From: a phage
Sequence record: PZ151149.1
Strand: one strand, 5' to 3'
DNA length: 64,000 bases
Below the pieces are notes generated by a model, which was not told the DNA's origin, did not search any database, and saw only the letters and a list, made by a program, of their open reading frames with translations. A program made the position numbers and the translations under genes. Below are positions 27,902 to 41,479 of this stretch, piece by piece (the first letter of the stretch is position 1; every line of letters starts with the position of its first letter).

Positions 27902-27909
27902 TATAAATA
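27902..27909 (+). promoter_or_regulatory. T4-type late promoter TATAAATA upstream of gene 9
   Basis: Exact TATAAATA 28 nt before ATG. Confidence 0.6.
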
Positions 27910-27936
27910 ATACATCATAACATGAGGAATTAAACA

Positions 27937-28791
27937 ATGGCACAAGTTCCAAAGAAAAGAATAGACACAGGTACGGTCGGCAATCCATCGACTGGCGATA
28001 TCTTATATGATGGCGGTAATAAAATTAACGATAACTTTGATTCAATATATGACGCATTTGCTGATCAACGGTTTAAAGACGTAGACCACGGCGTAGGAAG
28101 AATGGTTATTCATGCAACCGGATACTATCAGAAGCATCCACGTCAAAGCTACTCGGGTTCCGCTGTTGAGATTGGGAGTCTACACGATATCGATACAACT
28201 CAAGGCGCACTTATTGCTATTCTACCTAAAGCAAAGGTCGGAGAGGGTGTTGTATTCATAAATAGTAACGGTAGCCTTTCAACGACGACACCGCTCAATA
28301 TTCGAACTCAAGCAGGTGATTCTATTAGCGGTTATTCCGGTGATGCTACAATAACACAACCATTTTCAAAAGTCACTGTTTGGTGTACTGCCGTTGAAGG
28401 TAGTCGCGTAACATGGCGATTGGGTATCGAAAGTATGTTTACCGATACAACAACGCCAGTAGATAAAACTGTTAACGTAACTGGAGTAGCAACAAACGTT
28501 GCTATTGCCGCAAAAACAGAATATGTTTCCATCAAATTATTAACTACCGCTAGCAATACATCCGGTTCAAAAATGCGTTCAAGTGAAACGCTACTGATGA
28601 TTGATTCTAAAGCCGGAAAAGTTTATGCGACGGAATATGCAGTTTTGCAGAAGACAGAAGATGAACTATACACGGTTCGTTATTTCATCGGTTCCGGCGA
28701 TAAAGTATATGCAGAGTATAAGGCTACTGGCGAAAATATTCGTTTAGCAGTTAAAGCCGTAGACACTATTAAAATCGGGGTTGCTACATGA
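27937..28791 (+). CDS. 9: baseplate wedge tail fiber connector gp9
   Basis: Synteny, size 284 aa (T4 288); late promoter upstream. Confidence 0.85.
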   Translation: MAQVPKKRIDTGTVGNPSTGDILYDGGNKINDNFDSIYDAFADQRFKDVDHGVGRMVIHATGYYQKHPRQSYSGSAVEIGSLHDIDTTQGALIAILPKAKVGEGVVFINSNGSLSTTTPLNIRTQAGDSISGYSGDATITQPFSKVTVWCTAVEGSRVTWRLGIESMFTDTTTPVDKTVNVTGVATNVAIAAKTEYVSIKLLTTASNTSGSKMRSSETLLMIDSKAGKVYATEYAVLQKTEDELYTVRYFIGSGDKVYAEYKATGENIRLAVKAVDTIKIGVAT

Positions 28792-30590
28792 AACAATTAA
28801 TTAATATCGGTAACGTTGTTGATGACGGTACAGGTGATTATCTAAGAAAAGGCGGTCAAAAGATTAATGACAACTTTTCTGAACTTTATACTAAGCTGGG
28901 GGATGGTGATATCCCTCACGCATCCGGTGCATGGAAAACGCACACAGATCCATTATTAAAGCCTAATTTTGGTGATGCGTGGGCGATTAATACAACGAAC
29001 AACGCTGTTTCTGTTGAATTGCCTAAAGGAAGCGCGAGTGATTACAATAAAACAATTAAACTTCGTGATGTTTGGCGCTCATGGGCTGCACATAACGTAA
29101 CATTGAAGCCAGCACAAGGTGATACCATTAAGGGATCTCCAATCGACCGTGAGTTGTATAAAGATTTTATGGATGTTGAACTGGTTTATTGTGCGCCTGG
29201 ACGTTGGGAATATATCGAAAACAAGCGAGTTGACACGATCACCACGTCTGACCTAAGCACAGTTGCTAAGGAAGTTTATATTGCAACCGAAGGACAAACA
29301 GACTTCCCTAATGTATTTGGTTCTAACACATATAACATTCGAAATGTTGAAGTATATTATCGAGGAAACCTTTTATATTATGGCAAGTCTTTTAGTGATG
29401 ACTCTAACTACGGTTCAATTGGCGAGGATGGATCACTTGTTGAACTTGATGGCAAAAGTATAAAACTTCGTTTTCCTTGTTCGGCTGGGGATACCGTTCA
29501 AATCATCACATATATGGATGGAATTGCGTCTTTCCGTTCTAGTTATATCACACACACAATTAGAGTGTATGATACCGGAATGACAGCACTAGAAACTATT
29601 CCGGGTGAAGTGTGGGTAGGTGATTTATCGACGAAAAAAGAATTTACCAATGCTGATTTGGGAGTTAGTAAACGTGATATAATTAACCCAAATTCATTTG
29701 AGTTATTAATAAATGGTACTCAAATGATTAAAGCTGGTGATGCTGATCTTCCTTCGTTTGTTTGTGAAGGTGCTGACGGAGAAACCGAAGAGAGTTGCGC
29801 ACTTGCTGGCGGTCAGTGGGTACAGTCTGGAGAAGATTATTCACTGGTATTTGATGAGAATAGCATTGTAACAGGGATTAAATTAGCTAAAGCGTTGGAC
29901 AATAGAGATACTATAACAATTCGTTGGTTTAATAACGATATCGGAACTCTATTAGAATGGGATGGTGTCGGCGGAATTAAAGAAAAAGCAGACAAGATTT
30001 ATCTCAATAACGAAGACGAAGTTAATTTAACAAAACAAATTGAATATACCGACTTCCAGAATCCTAGCCAGAAAAACACTCGTCCGGCAGAAGAGTATTC
30101 AGGTCGAATTATGGATATATATGCACTGTTTGATATTTTCCATCCAATCGGCACGATATACGAAAACGCACATAACCCAGCTAACCCAGCGACATATATG
30201 GGTATTGGTATCTGGGTTCGGTATGCGGAAGGAGAATTTCTTGCTGGTTGGTCTTCCGATGCCAGCGACCAGAATTTTGCATTAAACAATAACGATCTTG
30301 ATATTCATGGACAACCTACACACACCGCTGGTGGTACTGGTGGTGAAGTTGCCTATCAAATCAAGAAAGATATGATTCCTGAATTACAATCCAGCGATCG
30401 TGTTTTGGTGAAAGACGATACAGGGTCAATTATCATTGGTGGCTGTCAAGTTGATCCTGATGCGGCAGGTCCAGCGTTTACGAAATATAGAGAGGATATC
30501 GTAAAAGTTAATTCTGGAAATGCTGATCCATCAATGATGGGTATTCTTCCTCCATATCGCACCGTTCATCGCTGGTTAAGGGTAGGTTAA
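28788..30590 (+). CDS. 10: baseplate wedge protein gp10
   Basis: Synteny, size 600 aa (T4 602). Confidence 0.85.
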   Translation: MKQLINIGNVVDDGTGDYLRKGGQKINDNFSELYTKLGDGDIPHASGAWKTHTDPLLKPNFGDAWAINTTNNAVSVELPKGSASDYNKTIKLRDVWRSWAAHNVTLKPAQGDTIKGSPIDRELYKDFMDVELVYCAPGRWEYIENKRVDTITTSDLSTVAKEVYIATEGQTDFPNVFGSNTYNIRNVEVYYRGNLLYYGKSFSDDSNYGSIGEDGSLVELDGKSIKLRFPCSAGDTVQIITYMDGIASFRSSYITHTIRVYDTGMTALETIPGEVWVGDLSTKKEFTNADLGVSKRDIINPNSFELLINGTQMIKAGDADLPSFVCEGADGETEESCALAGGQWVQSGEDYSLVFDENSIVTGIKLAKALDNRDTITIRWFNNDIGTLLEWDGVGGIKEKADKIYLNNEDEVNLTKQIEYTDFQNPSQKNTRPAEEYSGRIMDIYALFDIFHPIGTIYENAHNPANPATYMGIGIWVRYAEGEFLAGWSSDASDQNFALNNNDLDIHGQPTHTAGGTGGEVAYQIKKDMIPELQSSDRVLVKDDTGSIIIGGCQVDPDAAGPAFTKYREDIVKVNSGNADPSMMGILPPYRTVHRWLRVG

Positions 30591-30591
30591 T

Positions 30592-31236
30592 ATGATTTCT
30601 AAAACACGTTCTAAAGCAAGCGTATTTTCTAGCGACGCAGCATTCATTTCATACGATCCGGGGTCTAAAGACCCCGTTATTGGCGACATTCGCCCAATTG
30701 GTGGATTAAACGTAGACCAATCTCGCAAAGGTTCTTTTATTAACAACGTACAATCAGCCATTGATGATTTGTATAGCATTTCTATGCTTAATGTCGGTGA
30801 TGTATTGGTAACTACAAATTCAACTCCACCGGAAGCGGCGGGACAAATAGAAACTCTTTCTTTCACTGGAACGGTAACAAATAAACACGATCCAGCCGCG
30901 ACAAAAGTTGTAATTGAAGTTTTGGGTTATCCATTTGTTGTTAATGTTGGAACATCGAATGTTGCATTATGCGAAATGGTCACAACAAAATTTACTGAAT
31001 TGAAAGACAAAAGTATTCTGTTCTCTAAAGTTGAGAGGAAAGGTACTGGCAACGATCAAATAGAGATTCAGTATATTGATTCAAACGCACACGAAGCAAC
31101 GGTCGTAGAAAAATATGGTATTAGCGTTCGTGGGGAAATAAATTCCCCTGCTCGTTATGGTTATGGTGCATGGTCCAGATTGGGAACGGAAGAAAAATTT
31201 GATTCAACACTATTTTATTTTAAGCGTATTGCGTAA
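30592..31236 (+). CDS. 11: baseplate wedge protein gp11
   Basis: Synteny, size 214 aa. Confidence 0.85.
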   Translation: MISKTRSKASVFSSDAAFISYDPGSKDPVIGDIRPIGGLNVDQSRKGSFINNVQSAIDDLYSISMLNVGDVLVTTNSTPPEAAGQIETLSFTGTVTNKHDPAATKVVIEVLGYPFVVNVGTSNVALCEMVTTKFTELKDKSILFSKVERKGTGNDQIEIQYIDSNAHEATVVEKYGISVRGEINSPARYGYGAWSRLGTEEKFDSTLFYFKRIA

Positions 31237-31247
31237 GGTGTAAAATT

Positions 31248-32651
31248 ATGAATAACACTATTAATCACGTAAAAGACGATGCACAGTATGTTAAGTTTGA
31301 CCCTACCGGAAATTGGCCTAGCAATATAAAAAACGTACAAGCGGCATTAGCCGCTATTCAGGGATTTGCTATTGCAGGTCTTCCAACGGCAACCGAAGAA
31401 ACAGCGGGTATTGCTGAAATTGCTACTCAACAAGAAGTAGATGATGGGTTGGATGGAACTAAAATTGTTACCCCCAAAACATTGGCTGTTAAGCTGTCAA
31501 GACCGGACGCAACAAAACTTGCCAAAGGGATCACTCGCTATGCTAATAACGATGAAGCTATGGGCGATACTCCAAATATTGCAATTGGTCCTGATACATT
31601 AACCCATGTATTCGAGAATAAGAAAGCAACGGAAACCGTACAGGGTACAATTAAAATCTGTTCTATGGATGCTGCAAAAATTGGTAGTGATGACACTATG
31701 GCAGTAACGCCTAAAAAGATGCACGCTGCTATTGCTCAGATTGTTCCTGGGTTGATTCCAGAACAAAACACGGCGACCGAGTCCCGTGAGGGTTTAGTTA
31801 GACTGGCGACAAGCCAACAAACGCTTGCTGGTACTATCAGAGAAGGATTTGCCGTTAGTCCATATGCATTTTCCAACGCAAGAGCCAATGAAAATCAGGC
31901 GGGTACGGTTAAAATTGCCTCATCCCAACAAATGATTGACGGTAATGACAACACAGTAGTAGTATCAGCACAAAAATTTGCGAACACTAAAGCAACCACT
32001 GGACAATTCGGTGTTGTTAAGCTAACAGATAACCCAGGATCAGGCGAGGCAAACGCAGCACTGTCGGCAAATGCTCGTGTATTGCCTCTAAGTGGTGGTG
32101 TCGTTACTGGCGATGTGTATCGTCATAGTGGAGGCGACGGAAACCAGTTTATCATTAAAAATGAACTGGATGGTCTTTGTATGCCTATTGGTGGCATCAT
32201 TCTTACAGCATTTAACAGTTTCGACCACGCACAATTCAAAATCTGCAACGGTCAATGGTTAAATAAACACCAATATCCAGTATTATTTTCACGAATCGGT
32301 TTCACTTACGGCGGAGATGGCGGAGACAACTTTGCTCTACCAGATATGCGAGGGCTTGTTGCTAGAGGATGCGACCACGGTCGAGGACTAGACCCAGGTC
32401 GCGGATTTGGTACTTATCAAGACGACACCATGCAACATATGACAGGTAACTTCCCTGTAGCTAACCGTTGGCGCGGTTGGACTGGTGGTGTATTTGCCAT
32501 CACAGGCGGTCAATGGAGCACGAACTATAAAAACGGTGGTGGTGATGATTGGGGTAGTATTGTTAACTTTGACAGCGCAAGACAGGTTAGAACGTCTGGC
32601 GAAACTCGCGTTAAAAGCCTTGCATTAAACTACATGATAAGGGTACAATAA
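31248..32651 (+). CDS. 12: short tail fiber protein gp12
   Basis: Synteny; C-terminal collar/receptor-binding-like region with FALPDMRG motif. Confidence 0.85.
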   Translation: MNNTINHVKDDAQYVKFDPTGNWPSNIKNVQAALAAIQGFAIAGLPTATEETAGIAEIATQQEVDDGLDGTKIVTPKTLAVKLSRPDATKLAKGITRYANNDEAMGDTPNIAIGPDTLTHVFENKKATETVQGTIKICSMDAAKIGSDDTMAVTPKKMHAAIAQIVPGLIPEQNTATESREGLVRLATSQQTLAGTIREGFAVSPYAFSNARANENQAGTVKIASSQQMIDGNDNTVVVSAQKFANTKATTGQFGVVKLTDNPGSGEANAALSANARVLPLSGGVVTGDVYRHSGGDGNQFIIKNELDGLCMPIGGIILTAFNSFDHAQFKICNGQWLNKHQYPVLFSRIGFTYGGDGGDNFALPDMRGLVARGCDHGRGLDPGRGFGTYQDDTMQHMTGNFPVANRWRGWTGGVFAITGGQWSTNYKNGGGDDWGSIVNFDSARQVRTSGETRVKSLALNYMIRVQ

Positions 32652-34420
32652 TGATCGAACAGTTAAACATTCGAAAGATCCCTAACGTCGATGGTGTCCC
32701 TGGAGAGGGACAGCATTCTATTAGCTGGATTAAAAATGGTGAATGTCTAAGCGCAGCAACCACAGAAACAGGACACGAGGGGACGCTTAACCGCGCCCCT
32801 TATGCTATTCAAGAAAATATTGTTCGTCTGGATGAAAATTCTAAGACAACGGTAACAAAAGTTAACGAAGTTGTTACCGCAGTTAATGATATTAAAACTA
32901 CTTTAGGCGCGGTTTCTGATGGTAGTATTATTGATATTGTCAATCAAACTATTGCAAAGGTTGAGTCTGTAGAAGAAAATTTAGGAGAAACTTCAAGGAC
33001 ATTACAAACCACAGTAGATGAACTGGCGGAGACAGGAAAGAAAATTGGTGTTCGTCCGGCAGCAGATCCGAGTACACGAACAATATATGATGATATTTCT
33101 TTCATCAAACAAGAATTGGGCGCTTTCCCTAACTTCAATATCAACGGTTATCCAGATCCAGGTAGTTCCGGTTCCGGTATCAAATATCGAGTTATCCAGA
33201 ATACGGAAGCATTAAACAACCACGGTCAGCGAATCCTCCAACTAGAAAACGACTGGCAAGATTCTGACGTTGGAGAGCTAACAAAACAAGTTAACAAAAT
33301 GCGAAGCGAGCTAGGCGATACATCACTAGCAACACAGGACAATGTTTATCTTCGTCTTCGCACAAATACTCGCAATATCGCTAGTATATCAAACGAAGTT
33401 CAGGAAGTAAAGAAAGCGATTCTATTTGAATCAATTCCTGATATCGGGACTAAAGTAACTAAGCTACAATCTGATTATACACAGCTTAATGATGAAGTCA
33501 ACGGCGTTGACGCTGGTATCCGTCCTCGTTTAACTCTTCTGGAAAATACGATTGGCAGTCCTCAAGCCGCTGGAAGTATTGATTATCGATTGACTAATCA
33601 AGAACGGGAATTTGTAGATCTTAAATCTATTGTCGGTGTTAGTGGTGCTGATGGTCTACGTGGTGAGGTTGCACGAATCTCTAACACAGTTGGTACTGAT
33701 AGTGAGCGTCATACTATCGCAGGTCGTCTAAAAATTGTAGAAAACACACAGGGACGACTAGAAGCTAGCGTACAGGATATCGAGCAAATGATCGGCGATC
33801 GAGATTCCGGTCTAACCGCTGGGGTTATTAAGCTGTCAAGCGACATGTACGGCAATCCAGAAGGAAGCACGCAGCTTGAACAAGATGGGATCGTGAAAAC
33901 TGTTAAGGAATTGAGCACATCAAATGCAAGCAAGGTAACAGACGTTCCTGATGATGGTTTCCATTATCTACGTAAGCACGGGGAATGGGTTCAGGTCGCA
34001 TGGGCGGCTGGTGCATTTAAAAACACCGCTCAGATTGATATTACTCTCGACGGACAAGATCAATACAAAGGAATCCCGCTAAACGATATGACCGAAGAAG
34101 TTCCTGCGCGTGGAATGGTTAAGAGCGAATCTCTTGTTACGGTTAACGACAAAGGCTTATTCCGTTGTGATTTCCGTTGTTCTGTAAATGCGGCACATAA
34201 CGCTACTTTCGTAGTCGGTATTGCTAAAAATGGTCTGATTGTACATGAGGTACGAAATGGTCATTATGGACCTGATGATTTAATTAGCTATTCTACCAGT
34301 GCTTTCCTAAATATTGAAAAGGGCGACCGGATCGATATTCGCATTAAGGGCGTATCCGAAGAAGCATTAGCGCAACAGCTACAAATTAAAGAGTTCCTCT
34401 TTGGAATTTCTCCGGTATAA
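32651..34420 (+). CDS. wac: fibritin (whisker) Wac with foldon and extra C-terminal domain
   Basis: N-terminus VDGVPGEGQHSISWIKNGE matches T4 Wac; foldon-like YLRKHGEWVQV near residue 440; about 138 further residues follow. Confidence 0.85.
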   Translation: MIEQLNIRKIPNVDGVPGEGQHSISWIKNGECLSAATTETGHEGTLNRAPYAIQENIVRLDENSKTTVTKVNEVVTAVNDIKTTLGAVSDGSIIDIVNQTIAKVESVEENLGETSRTLQTTVDELAETGKKIGVRPAADPSTRTIYDDISFIKQELGAFPNFNINGYPDPGSSGSGIKYRVIQNTEALNNHGQRILQLENDWQDSDVGELTKQVNKMRSELGDTSLATQDNVYLRLRTNTRNIASISNEVQEVKKAILFESIPDIGTKVTKLQSDYTQLNDEVNGVDAGIRPRLTLLENTIGSPQAAGSIDYRLTNQEREFVDLKSIVGVSGADGLRGEVARISNTVGTDSERHTIAGRLKIVENTQGRLEASVQDIEQMIGDRDSGLTAGVIKLSSDMYGNPEGSTQLEQDGIVKTVKELSTSNASKVTDVPDDGFHYLRKHGEWVQVAWAAGAFKNTAQIDITLDGQDQYKGIPLNDMTEEVPARGMVKSESLVTVNDKGLFRCDFRCSVNAAHNATFVVGIAKNGLIVHEVRNGHYGPDDLISYSTSAFLNIEKGDRIDIRIKGVSEEALAQQLQIKEFLFGISPV

Positions 34421-34426
34421 GAAATT

Positions 34427-34450
34427 AAAGGGGCGTTAAGCCCCTTTTCC
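34427..34450 (+). terminator. rho-independent terminator after wac
   Basis: Hairpin AGGGGC-GTTA-AGCCCCT then TTTCC. Confidence 0.5.
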
Positions 34451-34466
34451 GTTTATAGGTGATATT

Positions 34467-35399
34467 ATGTCAGGATATGTAACCAATAACCCAAGAGAAT
34501 TAAAAGACGCTATTCTGCGTCGTTTAGGCGCACCAGTAATTAACGTAGAAGTCACAGAAGACCAGATTTACGATTGTATTCAGAGAGCACTAGAACTCTA
34601 TGGGGAATATCATTTCGATGGTGTGAATAAAGGATATAAAGTATTTCGTGTTAGTGCAGAGCAAGCTCAACACGGGGTATTCGATTTAAGCGATTCTGGT
34701 GTATTCGCAGTAACTAAAATAATTCGAACAAACGTAGGTAGCGCGGCTACGATGGATGGCACTGCCGTTTATCCGTGGTTTACTGACTTTCTGTTGGGTT
34801 TAGCGGGTGTAAATGGCGGTTTAGGATCTGGCTGTAGTAAATTTTATGGTCCAAATGCAATGGGCGGTGATCTGGGATATTTCGAACAGCTTATGAGCTA
34901 TCGCGCAACTATGCAAAATATGCTCAATCCGCTTCCAGATTATTGGTATAATAGCGCAAACGGACAACTTAAGATTACAGGAAACTTCCGAGAAGGTGAT
35001 CTCATTGTTGTTGAATTATATGTTAAAAGCTATATAGACGTTCCTGATATGATCGGTGCGGTTGCTGGTTATGCTCATGCGGGAGGATGTTCTACCGCTG
35101 GCGGGATTAGCGCCGTTTATGATAACCCAACTGCTGGTTTAAGCGGGATTGTTGCTGGCATGGGACCGATCCGTGATAACAAGCAGGGCGCATATAATAA
35201 CCGTTGGGTTAAAGACTGCGCGACCGCGTTTACTCGTGAGCTATGGGGGCAGATCTTAGCTAAACATCAAGGGTTGCAATTACCAGGTGGTGTAACAGTT
35301 GATGGTGTCAGAATCATCGAAGAAGCACGCGCCGACATTGAGAAATTGCGACAAGAACTACTTGACTTAGATCCACCATTTGGTATACTAATGATTTGA
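34467..35399 (+). CDS. 13: neck protein gp13
   Basis: Synteny, size 310 aa (T4 309). Confidence 0.85.
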   Translation: MSGYVTNNPRELKDAILRRLGAPVINVEVTEDQIYDCIQRALELYGEYHFDGVNKGYKVFRVSAEQAQHGVFDLSDSGVFAVTKIIRTNVGSAATMDGTAVYPWFTDFLLGLAGVNGGLGSGCSKFYGPNAMGGDLGYFEQLMSYRATMQNMLNPLPDYWYNSANGQLKITGNFREGDLIVVELYVKSYIDVPDMIGAVAGYAHAGGCSTAGGISAVYDNPTAGLSGIVAGMGPIRDNKQGAYNNRWVKDCATAFTRELWGQILAKHQGLQLPGGVTVDGVRIIEEARADIEKLRQELLDLDPPFGILMI

Positions 35400-35436
35400 T
35401 TTATTGGGGGGAGTATTCCCCCATTTGGAGTAACAT

Positions 35437-36177
35437 ATGTTTAACAACACTCTTTTTGCTCGCCTTGAATCGCAAAAGGATTATGAGAATACACGACAAA
35501 CCGAGATTCTTAATCCTTACGTGAACTTTCACAAATATACAAATACTCAGACGTTAGCCGACGTTATGGTCGCCGAAGCTATTCAGATGCGAGGTGTAGA
35601 ATTATATTACATCCCTCGTGAATTTGTCAAACCAGACATGATCTTTGGTGAGGATGTTCAGAGCAAATTTACTAAAGCATGGAAATTTGCGGCCTATATT
35701 AATTCATTTGATGGTTATGAAGGTGTTGGTAATTTCTTCTCTAGTTTCGGTTATCAAGCCAATGATGAACTAACTTTTACGGTTAACCCCAACCTATTCA
35801 AGCATCAAGTAGATGGAAACGAGCCGAAAGCGGGTGATTTGATTTATATTCCTATGAGTAATGATTTATTTGAAATCAATTACTTAGAGCCATATCAGCC
35901 GTTTTTTCAGGCTGGCAAAAATGCCATGCGTAAAATCATTGCAGAGAAATTCGTGTATAGCGGTGAGGAATTGCGACCAGAATTACAACGCAACGAGGGA
36001 ATCAACGTTGATGAGTTCGCGGATCTGGATCTTGCACCGATCACTAATCTGGACGGGTTAACAGATATCAACTTAGATCAGTACAAAGAAGATAAGCAAT
36101 TCAGAAGCGAAGGACAAGATTTTATTGACCCGTTTGATCCTATTAATGGCAAGGGTTCACCTTTCGCCGATTTTTGA
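35437..36177 (+). CDS. 14: neck protein gp14
   Basis: Synteny, size 246 aa. Confidence 0.85.
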   Translation: MFNNTLFARLESQKDYENTRQTEILNPYVNFHKYTNTQTLADVMVAEAIQMRGVELYYIPREFVKPDMIFGEDVQSKFTKAWKFAAYINSFDGYEGVGNFFSSFGYQANDELTFTVNPNLFKHQVDGNEPKAGDLIYIPMSNDLFEINYLEPYQPFFQAGKNAMRKIIAEKFVYSGEELRPELQRNEGINVDEFADLDLAPITNLDGLTDINLDQYKEDKQFRSEGQDFIDPFDPINGKGSPFADF

Positions 36178-36203
36178 TAAATACTCATAAACAAGGGGGT
36201 CAA

Positions 36204-37037
36204 ATGTTCGGTTGGCACTATAATTCGTCAATTAGAAGGTATATTGTATTGCTGGGTAATTTATTCTCCGGCGTACAAATTAAAAGGGTGCGTAGTGACG
36301 GTGAGCGTTATATTAAAGTTCCAATTACCTACGCAAAGAAAGAAAAATTCATGATGAGTCTGGACAAATATAACAATATCTCCAGTGAGGAAGACGTAGC
36401 AAAGGTAGAAACTATTTTACCGCGCATGTGTCTTTCTTTGATTGATATGACATACGCCCAGAACTTTAAAACAAATATTGCAAATAAGACAGTACCAAAA
36501 TATACGGCTGATGGAATCAGGAGTGTGACACAATATAATCCTGTACCATATAAGTTTACTTTCGAGTTAGGGATTTATACGCGTAACGAAGATGATATGT
36601 TTCAGATAATTGAACAGATTCTTCCTTACTTCCAGCCTCATTTTAACTGTAAGATTAAAGAACTACACGGTAATGATGTATGGATTGATCGAGATATTCA
36701 GGTCACAATTAGTTCTATTACTCCAGATGAACAGGTAGGCGAAGATAAGTTTTCTCGTCGTCGTCTTGAGTGGACCATTATGTTTGAGTTCATCGGGTTT
36801 ATCTATCCTCCAGCTACCGACGTTAAGGGGGAAATTAGAACGATTTATCTTGATTTTCATGCCAATTCTCGTGAATTGAATCCTAGCGGTAATTTTGAAT
36901 CTGTGGATCACGAGGTCGTTAAACGTGACGTCGAGCAAGAAGAATGGGACGGAACTATCAAAGAATCATATTCTAGTGATATTCCAATACCAGTTGCACC
37001 GACTCCACCAGGTCCACGTATTGTAAGAGAATTTTAA
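36204..37037 (+). CDS. 15: tail sheath stabilizer gp15
   Basis: Start MFGWHYNSSIRRY matches T4 gp15 MFGYFYNSSFRRY; RBS AAGGGGG. Confidence 0.9.
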   Translation: MFGWHYNSSIRRYIVLLGNLFSGVQIKRVRSDGERYIKVPITYAKKEKFMMSLDKYNNISSEEDVAKVETILPRMCLSLIDMTYAQNFKTNIANKTVPKYTADGIRSVTQYNPVPYKFTFELGIYTRNEDDMFQIIEQILPYFQPHFNCKIKELHGNDVWIDRDIQVTISSITPDEQVGEDKFSRRRLEWTIMFEFIGFIYPPATDVKGEIRTIYLDFHANSRELNPSGNFESVDHEVVKRDVEQEEWDGTIKESYSSDIPIPVAPTPPGPRIVREF

Positions 37038-37050
37038 GAGGTAATTTATT

Positions 37051-39371
<2,321 letters not shown>

Positions 39372-39402
39372 CGATAATGCATAAAAAGATGAGGAAATTC
39401 TA

Positions 39403-41406
39403 ATGACTCTATTATCACCGGGTTTCGAAACGAAAGAAACTACTCTCTCCACTACCATTGTGCAATCTGCGACTGGTCGCGCGGCGCTGGTAGGTAAATT
39501 TCAATGGGGTCCAGCTTTCCAGATTGTTCAAGTAACTAATGAAGTTGAATTAGTTAATAAATTTGGTCAGCCGGATAATAACACCGCAGACTATTTCATG
39601 AGCGGGGCTAACTTCCTCCAGTATGGCAATGACCTGCGTGTTGTTCGTGTACTCAATAAAGAAAAAGCAAAAAACGCAACTGCCCTAGCTGGTAACGTCG
39701 AGTTTGAAATCACAAACGAAGGTTCAAACTATGAAGTAGGCGATACCATCAAGATTAAACATAACCGTCAAGATATTGAAACGGCAGGTAAAGTAACTAA
39801 AGTTGATGGTGATGGTAAAGTTAAGGGAGTATTTATCCCAACTGGTAAAATTATCGCTCACGCTAAAGCAATTGGTGTTTATCCAGAACTTGATGGCGGT
39901 TGGACGGCAGAGTTCACTTCTTCGTCAGGTAACGGTAGTGCGGCGCTGTCAGTAACTAAAATTGTTACTGATTCCGGTCTTCTGTTAACGGATCTGGAAA
40001 CTTCCCGAGCCAATATCACAAATCAAACTTTCTTGACTAAACTCCAGAAGTATGATATGCCAGCGGTAAGCGCGATCTATGCTGGTGAGATTGGCAACTC
40101 GCTGGAAGTTGAAATTCTGGCACGTAGCTCGTTCAGTGGCGCGGTAGCACCTGAATTAACTATGTATCCGTTCGGCGGAACTCGTGCCGCAGCACGCAAC
40201 CTAATTCCATATGCACCGCAGAATGATAATCAATATGCGTTTATTGTTCGTCGAGATGGTGTTGTGGTAGAATCCTATGTACTGTCTACTCTGAAAGGGG
40301 ATAAAGACGTATACGGCAATTCTATCTACATGGACGACTTCTTTGCTCGTGGTTCTAGCCAGTACATCTATGCAACCGCTCAGGGCTGGGTCGATGGTTT
40401 CAGTGGCGTTATCTCTCTTGCTGGTGGCGTTTCTGCTAACGAAGCAACGACTGGTGGAGTTGGTGCTGATCCGTTCATCGGTGCGATGATGCAAGGTTGG
40501 GATCTGTTTGCTGAACGTGAATCTATTCACGTAAACCTGTTGATCGCTGGTGCATGTGCTGGCGAAGGCGATGCGTTCTCTACCGTACAGAAACATGCTG
40601 TTTCCATCGGTGATGAGCGTCAGGATTGCTTAGTAATGGTTTCTCCGCCGCGTAGCACTGTTGTTAATATTCCGGTGACTACTGCAATTGATAACCTGAT
40701 TGCATGGCGCGAAGGTTCAGGAAACTATAATGAAAACAACATGAACATTAATACCACTTACGCGGTTATTGATGGTAACTACAAATATCAGTATGACAAA
40801 TACAACGACGTAAACCGTTGGGTTCCGTTGGCTGCTGATATTGCTGGTTTGTGCGCTCGTACTGATGCTGTATCCCAGCCGTGGATGAGTCCGGCAGGTT
40901 ATAACCGTGGTCAGATCATGAACGTGGTTAAACTGGCAATTGAGCCTCGCAAGGCGCACCGCGATCGTCTGTATCAGGCCGCAATTAACCCGGTGATCGG
41001 TGCTGGTGGTGAAGGGTTTATCCTGATGGGTGATAAAACAGCTACGACTGTTCCTAGCCCGTTTGACCGCATTAACGTTCGTCGTCTATTTAACATGCTG
41101 AAAAAGAATATCGGCGATTCAAGCAAATACAAACTGTTTGAAAACAACGATAACTTTACTCGCGCTTCCTTCCGTATGGAGGTTTCGCAATATCTCAGCA
41201 CGATTCGCTCTCTGGGTGGCATTTATGACTTCCGAGTACAATGCGACACCACGAACAACACGCCGGATGTAATTGATCGTAATGAATTTGTTGCTAGTAT
41301 GTTCATCAAACCAGCAAAATCGATCAACTATATCATGCTCAATTTCACTGCTGTTGCAACTGGTGCTGATTTTGACGAAATTATCGGTCCAGCTAACCAG
41401 GCATAA
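39403..41406 (+). CDS. 18: tail sheath protein gp18
   Basis: Synteny, size 667 aa, late promoter upstream. Confidence 0.9.
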   Translation: MTLLSPGFETKETTLSTTIVQSATGRAALVGKFQWGPAFQIVQVTNEVELVNKFGQPDNNTADYFMSGANFLQYGNDLRVVRVLNKEKAKNATALAGNVEFEITNEGSNYEVGDTIKIKHNRQDIETAGKVTKVDGDGKVKGVFIPTGKIIAHAKAIGVYPELDGGWTAEFTSSSGNGSAALSVTKIVTDSGLLLTDLETSRANITNQTFLTKLQKYDMPAVSAIYAGEIGNSLEVEILARSSFSGAVAPELTMYPFGGTRAAARNLIPYAPQNDNQYAFIVRRDGVVVESYVLSTLKGDKDVYGNSIYMDDFFARGSSQYIYATAQGWVDGFSGVISLAGGVSANEATTGGVGADPFIGAMMQGWDLFAERESIHVNLLIAGACAGEGDAFSTVQKHAVSIGDERQDCLVMVSPPRSTVVNIPVTTAIDNLIAWREGSGNYNENNMNINTTYAVIDGNYKYQYDKYNDVNRWVPLAADIAGLCARTDAVSQPWMSPAGYNRGQIMNVVKLAIEPRKAHRDRLYQAAINPVIGAGGEGFILMGDKTATTVPSPFDRINVRRLFNMLKKNIGDSSKYKLFENNDNFTRASFRMEVSQYLSTIRSLGGIYDFRVQCDTTNNTPDVIDRNEFVASMFIKPAKSINYIMLNFTAVATGADFDEIIGPANQA

Positions 41407-41479
41407 TCAGTAAATTAGCATAGATTAAAAGTTAAATCAAGCGGGGATTTTCTCCCCGCTCTATTAAGGAATATCAATT

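Noticed and set aside
40201-41222. Several 80-130 aa minus-strand ORFs inside gene 18
   Set aside because: Antisense to the tail sheath gene, which is confirmed by synteny and size; no RBS.
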